A stretch of 64,000 bases of DNA from Candidatus Krumholzibacteriia bacterium (lineage in GTDB: Bacteria > Krumholzibacteriota > Krumholzibacteriia > Krumholzibacteriales > Krumholzibacteriaceae), in contig CAWIIQ010000001.1 of NCBI GenBank assembly GCA_963836185.1, forward strand, positions 1,536,001-1,600,000, given 5' to 3'. The translations under genes were made by a program, and so were the position numbers. Below, in pieces: positions 46,860-56,792 of this stretch (the first letter of the stretch is position 1; each line of letters opens with the position of its first letter). The notes under the pieces were generated by a model. That model was not told the DNA's origin and did no database searches. It saw nothing but the letters and a program-made list of their open reading frames with translations.

Positions 46860-49826
46860 ATGGGGTTTGACGGCAAACGTGCACTGAAATCATCACTCCT
46901 GATATTAGCGCTGGTCCTTTCGGCCGGCAGCATCTCCGCGTGGAATCACAGCGAACTTGAATGGAAGACGATCGATACCGAGCATTTCGCCGTCCATTTC
47001 CATGACGGTGTCGAGGCCAGCGCTTTTGAAGTCGCCCGGATAGCCGAGGCGATATATGGCCCGATCACGAGAATGTACGAATATGAGCCGGAAAAGGTCC
47101 ACATCCATATAACCGACAAGGCGGGGCTTCCGGAGGGCGCCGCGTACTATTACCTCAACCGGATCGATATCGATACCGACGATATAGATTTTTATCTGAG
47201 GGGAAATGCCAACTGGCTCAGAAACGTGATCTCGCACGAGTTCACGCATATGGTCTCTCTGCAGGCATCGATGAAGATGCCGCGCTGGATGCCGGCCGTC
47301 TACCTGCAGGCATTTAATTTCGAGAAGGAAAAACGCCCGGATGTAATAACCGGATATCCGAATTTCACCGGCTCTTTACCCCTGTCAGGGGAAGCCGTGC
47401 CGAACTGGTTCGCGGAGGGTGTAGCGCAGTACCAGGCTTACGGCGCCAGAAACGATATATGGGATTCCCACAGGGACATGGTCCTTCGCATGGCGATTCT
47501 TGATGACCGGCTTCTTACGCTCGACCAGATGGGAGTCTTCGGTAAAAGTTCGGCGAACGCGGAACTGCTCTATAACCAGGGATACTCTCTCGTGAGATAT
47601 ATCGCCGAGAAATACGGAGAGGACAAGATAGGGATGCTTACCTCTGCCCAGGGCAAGATCTGGCGCGCTGGGTTCGGGGGAGCGAGCAAGGAAGTCCTGG
47701 GGATATCACAGGGAGAGCTCTACAAGTCATGGAAGAACGATATTACCTCCGCTGCGATCGAGAGGGTCGGCAGGATAGAACCTGGAAAGTCAGGTACGAA
47801 AGAGGCAGGAGAAGGCTTCTTCAATTATTACCCTGTACCTGACGGGAAAGGCGGTATCTATTACCTCTCTGATATGGGGAGAGGATTCAGGGATGTGGAC
47901 CTCGTACATCGCGGCCATGACGGCGAAGAAACGGTGCTGGCAGGCGGTCTCAGTTCCGGAGCATGCGTTTCCTCAGATGGAAAGAAGCTGCTCTATTCGA
48001 GGAAATCCGATGACAACAAGTACGGATACGATTTCAACGATGTATACCTCTTCGACATCGAGGCCGGCAGGGAAGAGCGGCTTACAGAAGGACTGAAAGC
48101 TTCCGGACCAGTCCACTCCCCCGATGGCTCTCGAGTAGCATTTGTAATCAGCGGTGATGGATTCAGCAGCATAGGCATGAAGGTTCTTGAAGACGGTAAT
48201 GTCAGGATACTTGCAGGGAATATCCCCTGCAGGAGATATTCCGGCCTTTCATGGTCGGAAGCAGGATTGCTCGCTTCGAGGTTCGATGGCCTCAGCAGGG
48301 ATATCGTCCTCATCGACCCTGAAACGCTCGAGGAGGCTGTGCTTATCGACACGGGTGCTGATGAGCGCGACCCGAGATGGGGGCCTGATGGTGACGGATT
48401 CTTTTACTCGAGCGACAGGACAGGTATCTTCAACGTCTACTACAGGGATCTCGGAGATGGAACGGATCTCATGGTAACCGAAGTGGAAGGCGGCGCATTT
48501 CAAGCGAGCGGAGACGGTAATGACATCCTTTTTGCCGCCTTCGGAAGGGACGGGTACGAGATAAGGCGGCTCGATGACTGGCGCGGATCGGCGTCGGCTC
48601 CGGATGCGTCCGTCTACGAATGGCTTATCGATGAGAGGGCCGCGGTAATAGGCGGGGATAGTGCCGGATTCCCGTCAGATTCTCTTAAAGTGAGCGGTGA
48701 ATATAAAGTTACATATACGATACCGTTCGTCTTTCCGAGAGTTATGGTCTACGACAACAAATTCCGCATCGGGTTCGCGATAGATTCAAGGGATTTCCTC
48801 GACAGGCAGAGCGTCTATGCCGCAGCCGACGCTTCGTTCGACGGGGAGTTCAATCTCCAGATCGGAGCCGAGTTCAGACAGCTCAAACCGACATTCAATT
48901 TCGATCTTCTCAGGATGCGGAAATACTGGGAGATAGATGATTCCTCGCTTGGGGCGGTAAGGTACCGATACGATCTCTGGGACGCTTATTTCACCTGCAA
49001 ACTCGAATTCGAGCAGGAGACTGTTCGCAGGAGAAAAGATGTCTCGATCAGGTACAACCACGGGGAGTACGGGGTCAATATCAATGCATGGGAATCGATC
49101 GGCGTGGAGCTTGGATGGAATTACTACAAGGCTGATGAGATCGCCGGGATGTTCGATTACAGGAATATCAAAAAGACTCTCGAATATAATATCAATCCCC
49201 GGGGTGGAAGAGCATTGCACCTCGAGGCTGCCGCCGTCAGGGCCCAGCTTTCGTCCGGAGATTTCGAGTACTCGTTTAAGCCTCTCTACAACGATAACAA
49301 TTTCATGCGGTACGTAGTAAGGTACGAGGAATACATCGGCCTGCCTTTCTGGGCCCATTCGATGACACTCTTCCTTCGCGGAGGCTGGATAGACAGAGAG
49401 GAGATAGACGATTTCTTCTATCTCTACCTGGGGGGCAGGGATGGCATAAGAGGATACTCTTACTACAGTATCGGAGGGACCAAGAACGCAATGGCCAGGC
49501 TGACGTACAGATTCCCGATCTGGCGCAACATCGACAAGCAGATACCGGGACTTTTCTTCAGGTCGTTGTACGGCGCGATCTTCGCCGATGCTGGAAAAGC
49601 ATGGAACGAGAATACATTCGATGAGGCGATAAACGACCCGAAAACTGGAGCTGGATACGAACTGAGGCTTTCCGGGTTCACATTCTTCAGCTACCCGCTT
49701 GCAGTGACGTTCATGGGCGCGTACGGATTTGATACGATCGAGTTCACAGATCCTTTCGTGCCGGAAATCACTTATACAGAGGGCGAAACCTGGAGATATT
49801 TCGGATCTGTCCTGTTCGCATTCTGA
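46860..49826 (+). CDS. Outer-membrane fusion protein: gluzincin peptidase-like domain + TolB/PD40 propeller + Omp85-type barrel
   Basis: ATG 46860 after GGAGG; signal peptide; W.T..TEHF.VHF, HEFTH...P.WFAEG.A; SPDG/SSDRTG repeats; LGG..GIRGY; C-terminal Phe. Confidence 0.75.
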   Translation: MGFDGKRALKSSLLILALVLSAGSISAWNHSELEWKTIDTEHFAVHFHDGVEASAFEVARIAEAIYGPITRMYEYEPEKVHIHITDKAGLPEGAAYYYLNRIDIDTDDIDFYLRGNANWLRNVISHEFTHMVSLQASMKMPRWMPAVYLQAFNFEKEKRPDVITGYPNFTGSLPLSGEAVPNWFAEGVAQYQAYGARNDIWDSHRDMVLRMAILDDRLLTLDQMGVFGKSSANAELLYNQGYSLVRYIAEKYGEDKIGMLTSAQGKIWRAGFGGASKEVLGISQGELYKSWKNDITSAAIERVGRIEPGKSGTKEAGEGFFNYYPVPDGKGGIYYLSDMGRGFRDVDLVHRGHDGEETVLAGGLSSGACVSSDGKKLLYSRKSDDNKYGYDFNDVYLFDIEAGREERLTEGLKASGPVHSPDGSRVAFVISGDGFSSIGMKVLEDGNVRILAGNIPCRRYSGLSWSEAGLLASRFDGLSRDIVLIDPETLEEAVLIDTGADERDPRWGPDGDGFFYSSDRTGIFNVYYRDLGDGTDLMVTEVEGGAFQASGDGNDILFAAFGRDGYEIRRLDDWRGSASAPDASVYEWLIDERAAVIGGDSAGFPSDSLKVSGEYKVTYTIPFVFPRVMVYDNKFRIGFAIDSRDFLDRQSVYAAADASFDGEFNLQIGAEFRQLKPTFNFDLLRMRKYWEIDDSSLGAVRYRYDLWDAYFTCKLEFEQETVRRRKDVSIRYNHGEYGVNINAWESIGVELGWNYYKADEIAGMFDYRNIKKTLEYNINPRGGRALHLEAAAVRAQLSSGDFEYSFKPLYNDNNFMRYVVRYEEYIGLPFWAHSMTLFLRGGWIDREEIDDFFYLYLGGRDGIRGYSYYSIGGTKNAMARLTYRFPIWRNIDKQIPGLFFRSLYGAIFADAGKAWNENTFDEAINDPKTGAGYELRLSGFTFFSYPLAVTFMGAYGFDTIEFTDPFVPEITYTEGETWRYFGSVLFAF

Positions 49827-49836
49827 CGGGAATAAG

Positions 49837-51243
49837 ATGAAAGTAATACTGGGTGGATACAATATAGACGCGAAGACTATCAGAGAGCTGGCAGGCGACC
49901 GCTACGGCGAAATGACTCCTGAGATAATCTCCGCGTCGTACGCGAGGATCAGCCGGGACCCGCGGGAAGTCAGCCGTCTCCGCGAAGAGGCCAGGAAGGA
50001 CATCGAAAAGGCCAGAAAATCGAACCAGGCGATCGTCTTCGGCCTCGGTCATTCATCGATAGCAGAGCACGCGGTCTTCAATTTTGACGTAATGGGGATG
50101 TCGAGACTCGCTGTGGAGGCAGTCGAGCATTTCAGGCTCGCTTCCTTCACTGAGAAATCCCAGCGCTATATAAGGCTCGGGCGCGATTTTGTCGTCCCTG
50201 AGGAGATTGCGAAATCAGGCCTCAAACGGGATTTCAATCTTCTTATGAAGAAGCTCGCGGAGTCATACCAGATGATGTATGAATCCATCAGGGCGGCTGG
50301 GGAAGAAGACGAGACAGCCAGGGAGGATGCGAGATACCTGATGCCTCTCTCGACAACTGCACAGTTCGGCATGACGGTGAATGCAAGGGAACTGGAATAT
50401 ATGATCAGCAGGCTCGCCTCTCATCCGCTTGCTGAGCTGAGGGAATTCGCGTCGAAACTGTCTGAATCAGCCGGAGGGATAGCCCCTTCGCTGATCAAGT
50501 ACCCAGATCCCACGGACTATTTCAGGGCTCTGCCTTCAGTCAAGAAAGAGATCCATAAGACGGCGGGGGGGATGGGTTCACCCGTAAAAGGTAGCGGTCC
50601 CGAAGCCGTGCTCGTCGAAGTGACTCCTGAAGCTGGGACAAAGCTCGCCGCCTCGCTTATCTTCGCCTCCACTGACCTCAGCTATGCCGAGTCGAAGCGA
50701 AGGGCACTGAAGATAGGCGTGAAGAAGCGAGCCGAAATGATAGCTTCGACTATGAGGGAAATTAAACCTCACGACAGTGTCTGGCGTGAGTTTGAAAATA
50801 TCCGGCTTCTATTTGAAGTAACCGTCTCTTCGTCGTGCTTTGCTCAGCTGAAGCGCCACAGGATGGCGACGATAATAACGCAGGATTATCTGCCCGCTCT
50901 CGGGATCTCTGTTCCCGACTCTGTAAGGAAAGCGGGCAAGGTCGCCCTTCTCCGGGATGCGGCGTCATCCGCCGCCGCTGTATACAGGAAGATCAGGTCC
51001 AGGGCGCCGAATGCTCAGGAGTACGCTCTTCTGAACGCTCACAGGCGGAGAGTGCTCTTCGATATCAATCTCAGGGAGATGTACCATTTTTCGAGATTGA
51101 GAAGCGATATCCACGCACAGTGGGAGATCAGAAGGCTCTCGGACATGATGTGCTGCCTGGCCCAGGAGGCTATCCCGTCGGGCTCGATCTTACTCTGCGG
51201 TAAGGACTCTTTCGCTCTGCGAAAAAAAGAACTGTTCGGCTGA
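49837..51243 (+). CDS. thyX: FAD-dependent thymidylate synthase with tandem ThyX domains
   Basis: Domain 1: GHSSIAEH, SFTEKSQRY, EDARYLMP, NAREL. Domain 2: QLKRHR, NLREMYHF..LR...HAQWEIR. Confidence 0.87.
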   Translation: MKVILGGYNIDAKTIRELAGDRYGEMTPEIISASYARISRDPREVSRLREEARKDIEKARKSNQAIVFGLGHSSIAEHAVFNFDVMGMSRLAVEAVEHFRLASFTEKSQRYIRLGRDFVVPEEIAKSGLKRDFNLLMKKLAESYQMMYESIRAAGEEDETAREDARYLMPLSTTAQFGMTVNARELEYMISRLASHPLAELREFASKLSESAGGIAPSLIKYPDPTDYFRALPSVKKEIHKTAGGMGSPVKGSGPEAVLVEVTPEAGTKLAASLIFASTDLSYAESKRRALKIGVKKRAEMIASTMREIKPHDSVWREFENIRLLFEVTVSSSCFAQLKRHRMATIITQDYLPALGISVPDSVRKAGKVALLRDAASSAAAVYRKIRSRAPNAQEYALLNAHRRRVLFDINLREMYHFSRLRSDIHAQWEIRRLSDMMCCLAQEAIPSGSILLCGKDSFALRKKELFG

Positions 51244-51269
51244 TCCGTACCCGATACCTGGAAACTGTC

Positions 51270-51806
51270 ATGCCGGAATTCATCGAAATCGTAAAACTGA
51301 GAAGAAGCGTCAGGCGCTATCTCCCTGATCCCGTTCCCAGGGAAATGATCGAAAAGTGCCTCGAAGCGGCAAGATACGCTCCGACGGCATGCGACACCCA
51401 GTCCTGGCGCTTCATCGTCACGGAAGGTGACCTGAAGGACCGTATCGCGAAAGACTGTCTCGGAGAACTGCCGGTGCCTAACAGGTGGGCAGTCGAGGCG
51501 CCGGTGATAGTGGTGCTGGCATCCGCGAAGGATTTTGTGACGCACAGGATCGGAGCTGGTATCAAGGGAACGAAATACGACCTTATAGACGCTGGTATCG
51601 CGGGGGAGCATTTCGTTCTGCAGGCAGCGGAGCTGGGGCTCGGCACATGCTGGCTCGGATGGTTCAGGAAAAGGAAGATCCGACAGCTTCTCTCCCTGCC
51701 GGCGGGGTGGGAGATAACCGCTCTGATCACTCTTGGATACCCTTCCGGCGACCCTGGAGAAAAGAGCAGGATGCCGCTCGATGAGATCAGGGAGTACAGG
51801 GAATGA
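51270..51806 (+). CDS. Nitroreductase family protein
   Basis: RRSVRRY, AARYAPTA..TQSW, DAGIAG, GLGTCWLG, LGYP. Confidence 0.88.
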   Translation: MPEFIEIVKLRRSVRRYLPDPVPREMIEKCLEAARYAPTACDTQSWRFIVTEGDLKDRIAKDCLGELPVPNRWAVEAPVIVVLASAKDFVTHRIGAGIKGTKYDLIDAGIAGEHFVLQAAELGLGTCWLGWFRKRKIRQLLSLPAGWEITALITLGYPSGDPGEKSRMPLDEIREYRE

Positions 51807-52603
51807 ACGCTCAGAACATTCTCGAGACAGATTCCCTGAACTGTTCGATAGGCGGCAGAAGGATCCTCGATTCGGTATCATTCGATGTCGAGCGTGGAGA
51901 GTTCATTTCTCTCATCGGCCCCAACGGCGCGGGCAAGACGACTCTGCTCAGATGCCTGATGAAGATACTTCCATTCGACGGTGGAACAGCGCGTATCGGA
52001 GGAAAAGAGATACGCTCGATGAGCCAGAAAGAACTCGCCGCATATATAGCTTACGTTCCACAAGCTGATTCGCGTTACCTTCCTTTCACAGTCGAGGAAT
52101 TCGTCATGACAGGAAGGTATCCTCACCTGAGCCCATTTACGGCCTGTTCAGGGGATGACAGGGCGGCAGTCAGGGAGGCAATGGAAAAGACCGGTACCAT
52201 CGACCTGTCAGGGCGCCGTATGTCCGGACTGAGCGGAGGGGAACGGCAGCTTGTGATGATAGCCGCCGCTCTGTCCCAGGGAGCAAAGCTCATGCTTCTC
52301 GATGAACCGGCTGCGTTTCTCGATCCTGGTCACGAAAGCCGTGTCATGAAGCTGCTGCGGGATATAAACCTGATCAACGGGACTACACTGGTGATGGTAA
52401 CGCATGATATCAACAGGGCCGTTCTTACAGCCGGGCGTTCACTGGTCCTCGATCACGGGAGAGTCGAGTATTTCGCCGCCGCATCCGGGCTGACGTCCTC
52501 GGGCGTGCTTGAAAAGGTTTACGGAAGAAGATTCGACTATATGAAACATCCTCATGCGGGGTGTGATATCATTGTTCCGGATGTGACTGCCGATGACCGT
52601 TAG
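51803..52603 (+). CDS. Iron-chelate/cobalamin ABC transporter ATP-binding subunit
   Basis: GPNGAGKT, YVPQ, GRYPH, LSGGERQ, LLDEP, THD. Confidence 0.9.
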   Translation: MNAQNILETDSLNCSIGGRRILDSVSFDVERGEFISLIGPNGAGKTTLLRCLMKILPFDGGTARIGGKEIRSMSQKELAAYIAYVPQADSRYLPFTVEEFVMTGRYPHLSPFTACSGDDRAAVREAMEKTGTIDLSGRRMSGLSGGERQLVMIAAALSQGAKLMLLDEPAAFLDPGHESRVMKLLRDINLINGTTLVMVTHDINRAVLTAGRSLVLDHGRVEYFAAASGLTSSGVLEKVYGRRFDYMKHPHAGCDIIVPDVTADDR

Positions 52604-53606
52604 AGAAAAGACGATACTCACCGTGATGGCCGTGTTAACAGCGGCTGTTCTCCTGGCAGCGCCGTTTATCGGCATGGAGAGGATAACTCTCGCCTCCATC
52701 TCAGGGGGAGAGGGTATATCAGCCGATATATTCTGGCGCATACGGGTGCCTAGGGTGATCATCGGTTTTATCGCCGGCGCGTCTCTCGCTCTGAGCGGGA
52801 TGGCATTTCAGGCTGTGTTCAGGAATCCGCTCGCAACACCGTTCACGCTCGGCGTCTCAAGCGGCGCGGCTTTCGGAGCGTCTCTCTACATGAAGGCAGG
52901 TATCCTGTTCAGCCTGGCCTGGCTTCCCGGACAATCGATCAGCGCCTTCCTCTGGGCAGCCGTTTCAATAGCCCTCGTATACGGATTGACGAAGGTCAGA
53001 CGGGGATTCTCTACCGCCACTATGCTTATTGCCGGAGTGGCTATCAACTTCTTCTTCTCAAGCCTGATACTCTTCATGCAGTACATGAGTGACTTCACTC
53101 AATCCTTCAGGATAGTAAGGTGGCTTATGGGAGGGGTAGAGACGATGGGTTACTCGAGCATATGGACGCTTCTTCCATTCATGGTCTTTGGCTCCACCAT
53201 CGTCTTCAGTTCCCTGCGTGAACTCGATCTCCTCGCGCTGGGCGACGATATCGCGGCGGGCAGGGGTGTGGATGTAAAAAGGACAAGACGCCGGATCTTT
53301 TTTGCAGCGTCTCTTCTGGTCGGGGGAGTAGTCTCGATATGCGGTCCGATAGCGTTTGTCGGCATGATGGCTCCTCATATATGCAGGTTGATCGCGGGCG
53401 AAGGCCATACGCGTCTCGCTCCGGCATCGTTTCTTTTCGGCGGCACTTTCCTTGTGCTTTGCGATACGTTAGCACGGACTGTAATAGCTCCTGCAGAGAT
53501 CCCTGTAGGCGTGATCACATCCCTTCTGGGCGGGCCGTTCTTCCTCTGGCTGCTTCTCGGCGGAACCGCGGATAAGAGCCTCATTTTCAGACGGGAGGCT
53601 GCCTGA
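52593..53606 (+). CDS. FecCD/BtuC family ABC permease
   Basis: IRVPR, QAVFRNPLA.P..LGVSSGA, A..RGV, G.IAFVG...PH, EIPVG. Confidence 0.9.
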   Translation: MTVREKTILTVMAVLTAAVLLAAPFIGMERITLASISGGEGISADIFWRIRVPRVIIGFIAGASLALSGMAFQAVFRNPLATPFTLGVSSGAAFGASLYMKAGILFSLAWLPGQSISAFLWAAVSIALVYGLTKVRRGFSTATMLIAGVAINFFFSSLILFMQYMSDFTQSFRIVRWLMGGVETMGYSSIWTLLPFMVFGSTIVFSSLRELDLLALGDDIAAGRGVDVKRTRRRIFFAASLLVGGVVSICGPIAFVGMMAPHICRLIAGEGHTRLAPASFLFGGTFLVLCDTLARTVIAPAEIPVGVITSLLGGPFFLWLLLGGTADKSLIFRREAA

Positions 53607-54412
53607 TGACTTCACGGCTGACCGGCGATATATTCGACATCAAGCGGTTCGCCATACACGATGGTCCCGGGATCAGGACAACCGTGTTTTTCAGGGGCTG
53701 TCCGCTGGTATGCTGGTGGTGTCACAATCCCGAAGCGAGGGTCGACTGCGGCCGGGAAACATACAGGAAGAGGTCGATCGACCTTACGCTGCCGAGCACC
53801 GATAATGTCATTGGCCCTGAAGTAAAACTCGAGACCCTTCTGGGTGAGATAGCAAGGGACTCGATCTTCTATGACCAGTCGCATGGAGGAGTGACGGCAT
53901 CAGGCGGAGAGCCGATGATGCAGATCGAATTTCTCTCGGCGCTCCTGGCCGCATGCCGCTCCCGCGGTATAGCGACCACTGTGGATACATCAGCATACGC
54001 GCCCTGGCCTGATTTCGAAAGGATCCTCGATCTCGTCGACCTGTTCATGGTCGATCTCAAACTGATCGATGACTCGCAGCACATGAAGTATACCGGAGTG
54101 TCCAATGAGATTATCCTGGATAATTTTACGAGGCTGATGGATGCCGGGGTCAGGGTGAGAGCCAGGCTCCCGATGATTCCCGGGATAACAGATACAAAAG
54201 AGAATATAGATGAAATCATATCATTTATCGTAAAATATGAAGGGCTGGAGATGATAAGCCTCCTGCCGTACAACCGTCTGGGCGAGGACAAATTCGACCG
54301 GCTCGGCATCGAATACGGACCGGGCGCCCTTAGGACACAGACGCCGGATGAGATGAAGGATATTTCAGGCATATTCGAGAAAGCCGGCCTCACCGTCCGG
54401 ATCGGAGGATGA
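53606..54412 (+). CDS. Glycyl-radical enzyme activating enzyme (radical SAM)
   Basis: HDGPGIRTTVF..GCPLVCWWCHNPE, GGVTASGGEP, DLK, R.P.IPG; no ferredoxin insert. Confidence 0.92.
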   Translation: MTSRLTGDIFDIKRFAIHDGPGIRTTVFFRGCPLVCWWCHNPEARVDCGRETYRKRSIDLTLPSTDNVIGPEVKLETLLGEIARDSIFYDQSHGGVTASGGEPMMQIEFLSALLAACRSRGIATTVDTSAYAPWPDFERILDLVDLFMVDLKLIDDSQHMKYTGVSNEIILDNFTRLMDAGVRVRARLPMIPGITDTKENIDEIISFIVKYEGLEMISLLPYNRLGEDKFDRLGIEYGPGALRTQTPDEMKDISGIFEKAGLTVRIGG

Positions 54413-56784
54413 ACATGATAAGCAAGAGGATAGAGCGTCTCAGAAATCAAAGCATCGAGGCGGAGCCCGTTATCAGCATGGAGAGGGCTTCTCTGCTTAC
54501 GGATTTCTACTCGAGCGGTGAGGCGGACAGGCATGCTGTCCCCGTGAGTCGGGCAATGGCGTTTAAATACATACTGGAAAACAAGGACCTCTGTATAAAT
54601 CCCGGTGAATTGATCGTAGGGGAAAGAGGGCCTGAGCCCAAGGCAACGCCGACCTATCCCGAGATCTGCACTCATACGCAGAACGATCTGGAGCTCCTCG
54701 ATACGAGGGAGAAGATAAGGTTTTCCGTACCGGAAGAGGCTAAGAAGATACAGGAGAATGAGATCGCGCCCTTCTGGCGTGGACGTTCAATCAGGGACAG
54801 ACTCTTCGATGAGTTGTCCGTGGAATGGAAGGATGCGTATTCCGCCGGTATCTTTACGGAGTTTCAGGAGCAGCGGGCGCCCGGCCATACTGTTCTGGAC
54901 GACAAGATATACAGGAAGGGATTCGACGACCTGCGAGATGAGATTCGATCGAGCATACAAGCTCTCGACCTGGTCAACGATCCTGAAGCTCTCGACAAGC
55001 GGGACGAGTTGAAAGCGATGGACATCGCCGCCGGCGCTCTGGTCGAATTTGCCGGAAGATACTCAACGCTGCTTGCTGGAAAAGCCGAAGAAGAGCCTGA
55101 TCCGGAAAGGAGATCCGAACTCGAAGAGATGTCGAGGATATGCGCGAAAGTTCCGGCCAGAGCCCCGGAAACATTCTGGGAAGCGCTTCAGTATTACTGG
55201 TTCGTCCATCTCGGCGTTATAACCGAGCTCAATACGTGGGATTCCTTCAATCCGGGCAGGCTCGACCGTCACCTGTATCCTTTCTACCAGAAAGGTCTAT
55301 CTGACGGGACTATGACAGCGGAACGCGCCAGGGAACTTCTGCAGTCGTTCTGGGTGAAGTTCAATAACCAGCCGGCTCCTCCGAAGGTCGGCGTGACAGC
55401 TCAGGAGAGCAGTACCTACACGGATTTCTGTCTTATCAATCTCGGCGGTGTGGATGAGAGGGGAGAGGACGCTGTAAACGAGGTTACCTTCCTGATCCTT
55501 GACGTCATAGAAGAGATGCGTCTCCTCCAGCCCAGCTCGATGGTGCAGATAAGCAAGAAGAATCCCGAAGAATATCTGAAGCGGGCGCTGAGGATCATCC
55601 GGACAGGTTACGGCCAGCCGTCTATATTCAATACGGAGGCGATGGTCCAGGAGATGACGAGGATGGGGAAATCCATAATCGACGCCCGAAACGGCGGAGC
55701 CAGCGGGTGCGTTGAGACCGGCGCATTCGGCAAGGAGAGCTATATCCTCACCGGGTATTTTAATATCCCCAAGGTGCTCGAGATCGCTATGCATAACGGT
55801 ATCGATCCGGGGACAGGCAAGCGCCTCGGTCCTGAGACTGGCGCGGTATCCACCTTCATTACCTTTGACGAGTTCTACGAGGCGTTCGAAAAGCAGCTGA
55901 GGCATTTCATCGACATAAAGATAAAAGGTAACAGGATAATCGAACGTATCTGGTCCCGGCTGCTTCCGGCGCCGTTTCTCTCACTGCTCATCGATGACTG
56001 CATCAGAACAGGGAAGGATTATAACTCGGGTGGGGCGAGGTACAATACATCGTACATACAGGGAGTGGGGCTGGGGACGATAACTGACTGTCTCTCCGCC
56101 GTCAAATGGCACGTCTTCGACAAGCGCACCTTAACGCTCGAAGAAATGGCGGAGGCTCTCGATACCGATTTCAATATATCGGAAGCTCTGTGGAAGAAGC
56201 TTCTCCACGAGACGCCTAAATATGGTAACGACGAGGATTACGCGGACGAACTGGCTGTTCGCGTGTTCGAAAGTTACTTTGAGGCTATAGACGGCCGTCC
56301 CAATACGAAGGGGGGCCACTTCAGGATCAACCTGCTGCCCACTACGTGCCATGTCTACTTCGGCAGTGTCACTGGCGCTCTGCCCGATGGAAGGAAAGCA
56401 GGGGAGCCACTTTCAGAGGGGATATCACCGGTTCAGGGCGCAGACAGGAAGGGGCCAACGGCAGTCCTGCGTTCCGCCTCCAGGATCGATCACCTTCGGA
56501 CCGGAGGCACCCTCCTTAACCAGAAATTCACGCCGGGCGTGATGGAGGACGAGGATGGGATCACAAAGGTCGCGCACCTGGTGCGATCATATTTCAGGAT
56601 GGACGGACACCATATCCAGTTCAACGTGGTCAACGCGGAAACATTGAGAAAGGCCCAGAAGACACCCGAGAAATACCGCGACCTCATAGTGAGAGTCGCT
56701 GGGTACAGCGACTATTTCGTCGATCTGGGTGTGGATCTTCAGAACGAGATAATCAAGAGGACTGAACACGGACTTGAATCCTGA
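54409..56784 (+). CDS. hypD: Glycyl radical enzyme, trans-4-hydroxy-L-proline dehydratase (GRE HypD; unrelated to hydrogenase HypD)
   Basis: RVAGYS glycyl loop and SGCVE Cys loop, plus HypD-type segments FTEFQEQRAPGHT, WDSFNPG, ESSTYTDF, YILTGY, LLPTTCH. Confidence 0.88.
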   Translation: MNMISKRIERLRNQSIEAEPVISMERASLLTDFYSSGEADRHAVPVSRAMAFKYILENKDLCINPGELIVGERGPEPKATPTYPEICTHTQNDLELLDTREKIRFSVPEEAKKIQENEIAPFWRGRSIRDRLFDELSVEWKDAYSAGIFTEFQEQRAPGHTVLDDKIYRKGFDDLRDEIRSSIQALDLVNDPEALDKRDELKAMDIAAGALVEFAGRYSTLLAGKAEEEPDPERRSELEEMSRICAKVPARAPETFWEALQYYWFVHLGVITELNTWDSFNPGRLDRHLYPFYQKGLSDGTMTAERARELLQSFWVKFNNQPAPPKVGVTAQESSTYTDFCLINLGGVDERGEDAVNEVTFLILDVIEEMRLLQPSSMVQISKKNPEEYLKRALRIIRTGYGQPSIFNTEAMVQEMTRMGKSIIDARNGGASGCVETGAFGKESYILTGYFNIPKVLEIAMHNGIDPGTGKRLGPETGAVSTFITFDEFYEAFEKQLRHFIDIKIKGNRIIERIWSRLLPAPFLSLLIDDCIRTGKDYNSGGARYNTSYIQGVGLGTITDCLSAVKWHVFDKRTLTLEEMAEALDTDFNISEALWKKLLHETPKYGNDEDYADELAVRVFESYFEAIDGRPNTKGGHFRINLLPTTCHVYFGSVTGALPDGRKAGEPLSEGISPVQGADRKGPTAVLRSASRIDHLRTGGTLLNQKFTPGVMEDEDGITKVAHLVRSYFRMDGHHIQFNVVNAETLRKAQKTPEKYRDLIVRVAGYSDYFVDLGVDLQNEIIKRTEHGLES

Positions 56785-56792
56785 CCGCCTGC

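Noticed and set aside
54409-56784. GRE as pyruvate formate-lyase or choline TMA-lyase
   Set aside because: It has a single-Cys SGCVE loop (PFL has CC), HypD-type residues, and no microcompartment genes.
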